Assembly (NCBI GenBank): GCA_964559225.1
Contig: CAZLGA010000002.1
Span: forward strand, 11,837 to 75,836
Source: an uncultured bacterium
Lineage (GTDB): Bacteria > Hydrothermota > Tepidihabitantia > SM23-42 > JAOAFX01
DNA: 64,000 nt
Reading direction: 5' to 3'
Part shown: positions 62,801-64,000 of the stretch, piece after piece
How the letters are laid out: each line of letters opens with the position of its first letter
Numbering within the stretch: position 1 is the first letter of the stretch
Program-made: the position numbers and the translations under genes
The notes under the pieces: model-generated
What the model was told of the DNA's origin: nothing
What the model saw: the letters and a program-made list of their open reading frames with translations, nothing else
The model's database searches: none

Positions 62801-63840
62801 CTTCTATCTTCATCAGCATCCCATCTACCAGTAAAATCCTGAAAATAGAGGTCAGAAGGAATAACGTCCCTTGGATCATCGTAATTATTATAACGCCAAC
62901 AATATCTTATTGGAAAACTCCTGTTGATATTGCCAGGTTGTAGTACACCACCAAGAATAGCAAAGGCAGTGCCGTTCGTCAGGTATAATGTTCTTAAATA
63001 TTCTTTTATCTTAGCTGCCTCATCACCAGTATTCTCACCAGGATAACCAGGCAGGTCATGCCATATCCCATCAAAATTATCATATACCCAGGTAGTTGCC
63101 CTTACAAAGCAGAGCATTCCTTTCTGGGTTAACCAATCGGCTAAAGGACGATATGCAGCGGTGCAAGCAGGCGCAGCAATTATTATTACTTCAGGATAAC
63201 CCAACCTTCCTAATTGTTCATCAGGCACAACTTGGTTCGGCGGGGTATAGAAAGCATCGACTTCCCAGGAGTTGAAAACTGCAGATTTTATGCCATTAAG
63301 GTATAGTTGATGAATTCGCATACCGCGTATCTGTGGTCGGATTGACATCGGTACCGTCTCAAATTGAAAACGGAAAGTAATTGATTGAATCAGGTATAAA
63401 GTATTCCTAACAGGATTATACAGTAGTGGATAAATACCAACTGTTACAATCGGATGACCATCGTAATAGCCTTGATGGGACATAAAAATCGGTGTTGAAT
63501 CCGGGTAAAGGGCATCCTGTGAATAAACAGAAGAATCAGGAGGAACCCATGGAGGCGGTGCTTCATGGATTGATAGTGGTATCGGTGGTTGTGCGGGGTA
63601 GATATTATATGTGCCTGTGAGTGGAGCTACGGAAAGATTAATAATTTCAATATTTAGAACTCTATTACCATTGGGAATAATGAAGTTTAGGTATTTTACG
63701 GGTAGTTCTGGTGCGCCGGTGTCCGTTGTGGCGGACATATCTATTCCGTTTACCCTATCAAAACCATTCTCAACTGAAAACTCAAATTGAGAAAGGTCAA
63801 AAGGTAGGGTATATGGACTTTGAGCAAAGAGCATACTCAA
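59839..63840 (-). CDS. 1333-aa gingipain-like C25 cysteine peptidase with a T9SS type-A C-terminal sorting domain. The 5' end is affected by a probable 1-nt deletion; the SD-linked ATG is at 63869.
   Basis: C25 propeptide-like N-terminus. Catalytic His (LSTYGHGSPE) and Cys (YSVGCENACFD) segments. C-terminal VYDVLGRKVVTIAEGIVESGIYSYNFNSTNFSAGVYFLV. Confidence 0.8.
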   Translation of the reverse strand: MSMLFAQSPYTLPFDLSQFEFSVENGFDRVNGIDMSATTDTGAPELPVKYLNFIIPNGNRVLNIEIINLSVAPLTGTYNIYPAQPPIPLSIHEAPPPWVPPDSSVYSQDALYPDSTPIFMSHQGYYDGHPIVTVGIYPLLYNPVRNTLYLIQSITFRFQFETVPMSIRPQIRGMRIHQLYLNGIKSAVFNSWEVDAFYTPPNQVVPDEQLGRLGYPEVIIIAAPACTAAYRPLADWLTQKGMLCFVRATTWVYDNFDGIWHDLPGYPGENTGDEAAKIKEYLRTLYLTNGTAFAILGGVLQPGNINRSFPIRYCWRYNNYDDPRDVIPSDLYFQDFTGRWDADEDRRFGEPNNDIADYYEEIWIGRVPAWDLEQSISWVEKRLVYERAPANRDSMTQSLWITQSGNSFISLMEDAIRCFPPQFTQRRVIDHPCNEGDHRLMTDTLSKGYGILSTYGHGSPEAQRARVADGRHFYSWERNNLPYLGEPRNINKFYVAYSVGCENACFDTSTYLDGPCYPWTANGPYPCIAEAFASFYRWPGPSPNGYPPFNAVAFLGNTRWGLYWNSFYLHQNFIKRVFYYDTLLGIAEAKARYSSEPWGWQGWYVAYSHNLFGSPEMPVWTEIPLDLIVEHIDAIPANTPIDFQVYIQDVNGPLVNALVTLYKEPEGYLAESKRTDASGLVIFNNLTVPTTGMMKVTVTVSNHIPYQDDVRVFEYVVDFPTAHTQYTEGRKLVRQFNAENLHLAYTYGIGGADIPKEWANYSFSTDGGSAWSSGVSVLPMGYNHNPSIDITSDNRPCIAFRKSVGWMTEQSAVIYFARYDEPNWIVYTIDSYPVIPTFTPSVSPPSIVIDANDICHLVYSGVLYAPGKAYVIYKRFDAFNPSTETVIIDSADVPLDWQPSSPCIATYYGYPHFVWDFPPEASEPYPEIWHKCLEETGWSEKINISNSYDKPSEHPFIYTTNEKVLVVWSEEEEPGNTESRDIYRGERLITAPPNTWNIWPEVVTPNQASDWPVITANGEFLVWCEHQFIELKQNWEVLYKSSIYGSGNLSNTPYTQSLYSSCDWRQTLNNVYLYSAFTEKYEYEPDPYIFGIKTKTEIFPLVLPIPAYTIYAGSEIPSPYLIQRDGYIPYENYPVDYDTTELIYKFTGLNPHLKYRFDITAYHEGDGEWREWVEVDNTAKHLIKYDGGNPKTVEVPVPPASYMNDGEIIVRIPKIRGNFASLHKGNLYGFEKEGQGGPQTIMSIPLNFEFSLKVLPNILNRNAQIHYSTPAKQYISLNVYDVLGRKVVTIAEGIVESGIYSYNFNSTNFSAGVYFLVFTGEKETKTQKIITIK

Positions 63841-64000
63841 AAGTCCTGTAAGTAAGTAATGCGTAACATCTTACCTCCTGTGTTTATATTGACCCATCTT
63901 TTCTGCTATCCATTTAAGTGTGGTGCAGGCACTTAAAAGTATTTTTGTCTTTACCTTTCCACCACCTTCTATAACTTCATTTCTAATTATAATATTTTAC

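Noticed and set aside
1-64000. tRNA, rRNA, tmRNA, RNase P, transposase or integrase genes
   Set aside because: I scanned non-coding stretches by eye (1779-1954, 3872-4046, 15385-15502, 31887-32590, 57996-58410). No cloverleaf-like or conserved RNA signatures and no recombinase or transposase motifs were recognised. Their absence cannot be proven without tRNAscan, Infernal or HMM searches.

Overview
AT-rich 64-kb window, most likely from an anaerobic bacterium of the FCB superphylum or a related candidate lineage. That placement is inferred from four Type-IX-secretion C-terminal sorting domains, the Hdr/MvhD genes, and the superoxide reductase, rubrerythrin and 2-oxoacid:ferredoxin oxidoreductase genes. 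Most genes have AGGAGG-type ribosome-binding sites. Layout along the window follows. (1) 1-15.4 kb is a regulatory and redox block. It opens with a divergent partial hdrC paralogue, then an NtrC-type sigma-54 activator, a Cache-type histidine kinase, a canonical sigma-54 promoter, a hybrid REC-kinase and a dual-REC protein. These sit directly upstream of hdrC-hdrB-hdrA(large, two Rossmann modules)-mvhD(fused to a winged-helix tail), followed by a second hdrA-mvhD pair. (2) 15.5-31.9 kb is housekeeping: surE, a family-2 glycosyltransferase, an LTD protein with a T9SS type-B sorting domain, ispD-dxr-rseP, an M16 peptidase pair, a PAS-GAF-HD-GYP gene, split fumarate hydratase alpha/beta subunits with a four-helix-bundle gene inserted between them, and an orphan LivK-type binding lipoprotein. 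(3) 32.6-42.6 kb is a compact chemosensory-like operon. Its receptor is a soluble protein with two MCP signalling modules at the N-terminus and a family-5 solute-binding domain at the C-terminus, which inverts the normal architecture. It is followed by cheW, cheY, cheA, cheC, a large TPR protein, a TPR-Roadblock protein and a second Roadblock/LC7 (MglB-like) protein. There is no cheR or cheB in the window, and no MglA or flagellar genes. (4) 43.3-58.0 kb is a 15-kb co-directional minus-strand block dominated by oxygen and ROS defence: bacterioferritin-like, glutaredoxin-like, an FTR-rubredoxin fusion, a Fur/PerR regulator, a hemerythrin-PAS protein, 1Fe superoxide reductase, rubrerythrin, korA-VOC-korB, two peroxiredoxins, a ferritin-like protein and a ZIP transporter. 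It also carries PAS-GGDEF, isochorismatase, a TrxR-like flavoprotein and radical-SAM genes, and a PerR-box-like palindrome lies upstream of the bfr-like gene. (5) 58.4-63.9 kb holds two T9SS type-A cargo genes, one of them a 1333-aa gingipain-like C25 peptidase. A TGTAGC-containing palindromic repeat family occurs at four or more intergenic sites. Five gene disruptions all have the signature of a single-base deletion in the assembly, and two of them fall in A-homopolymers. I found no rRNA, tRNA, CRISPR array, transposase or integrase by eye.
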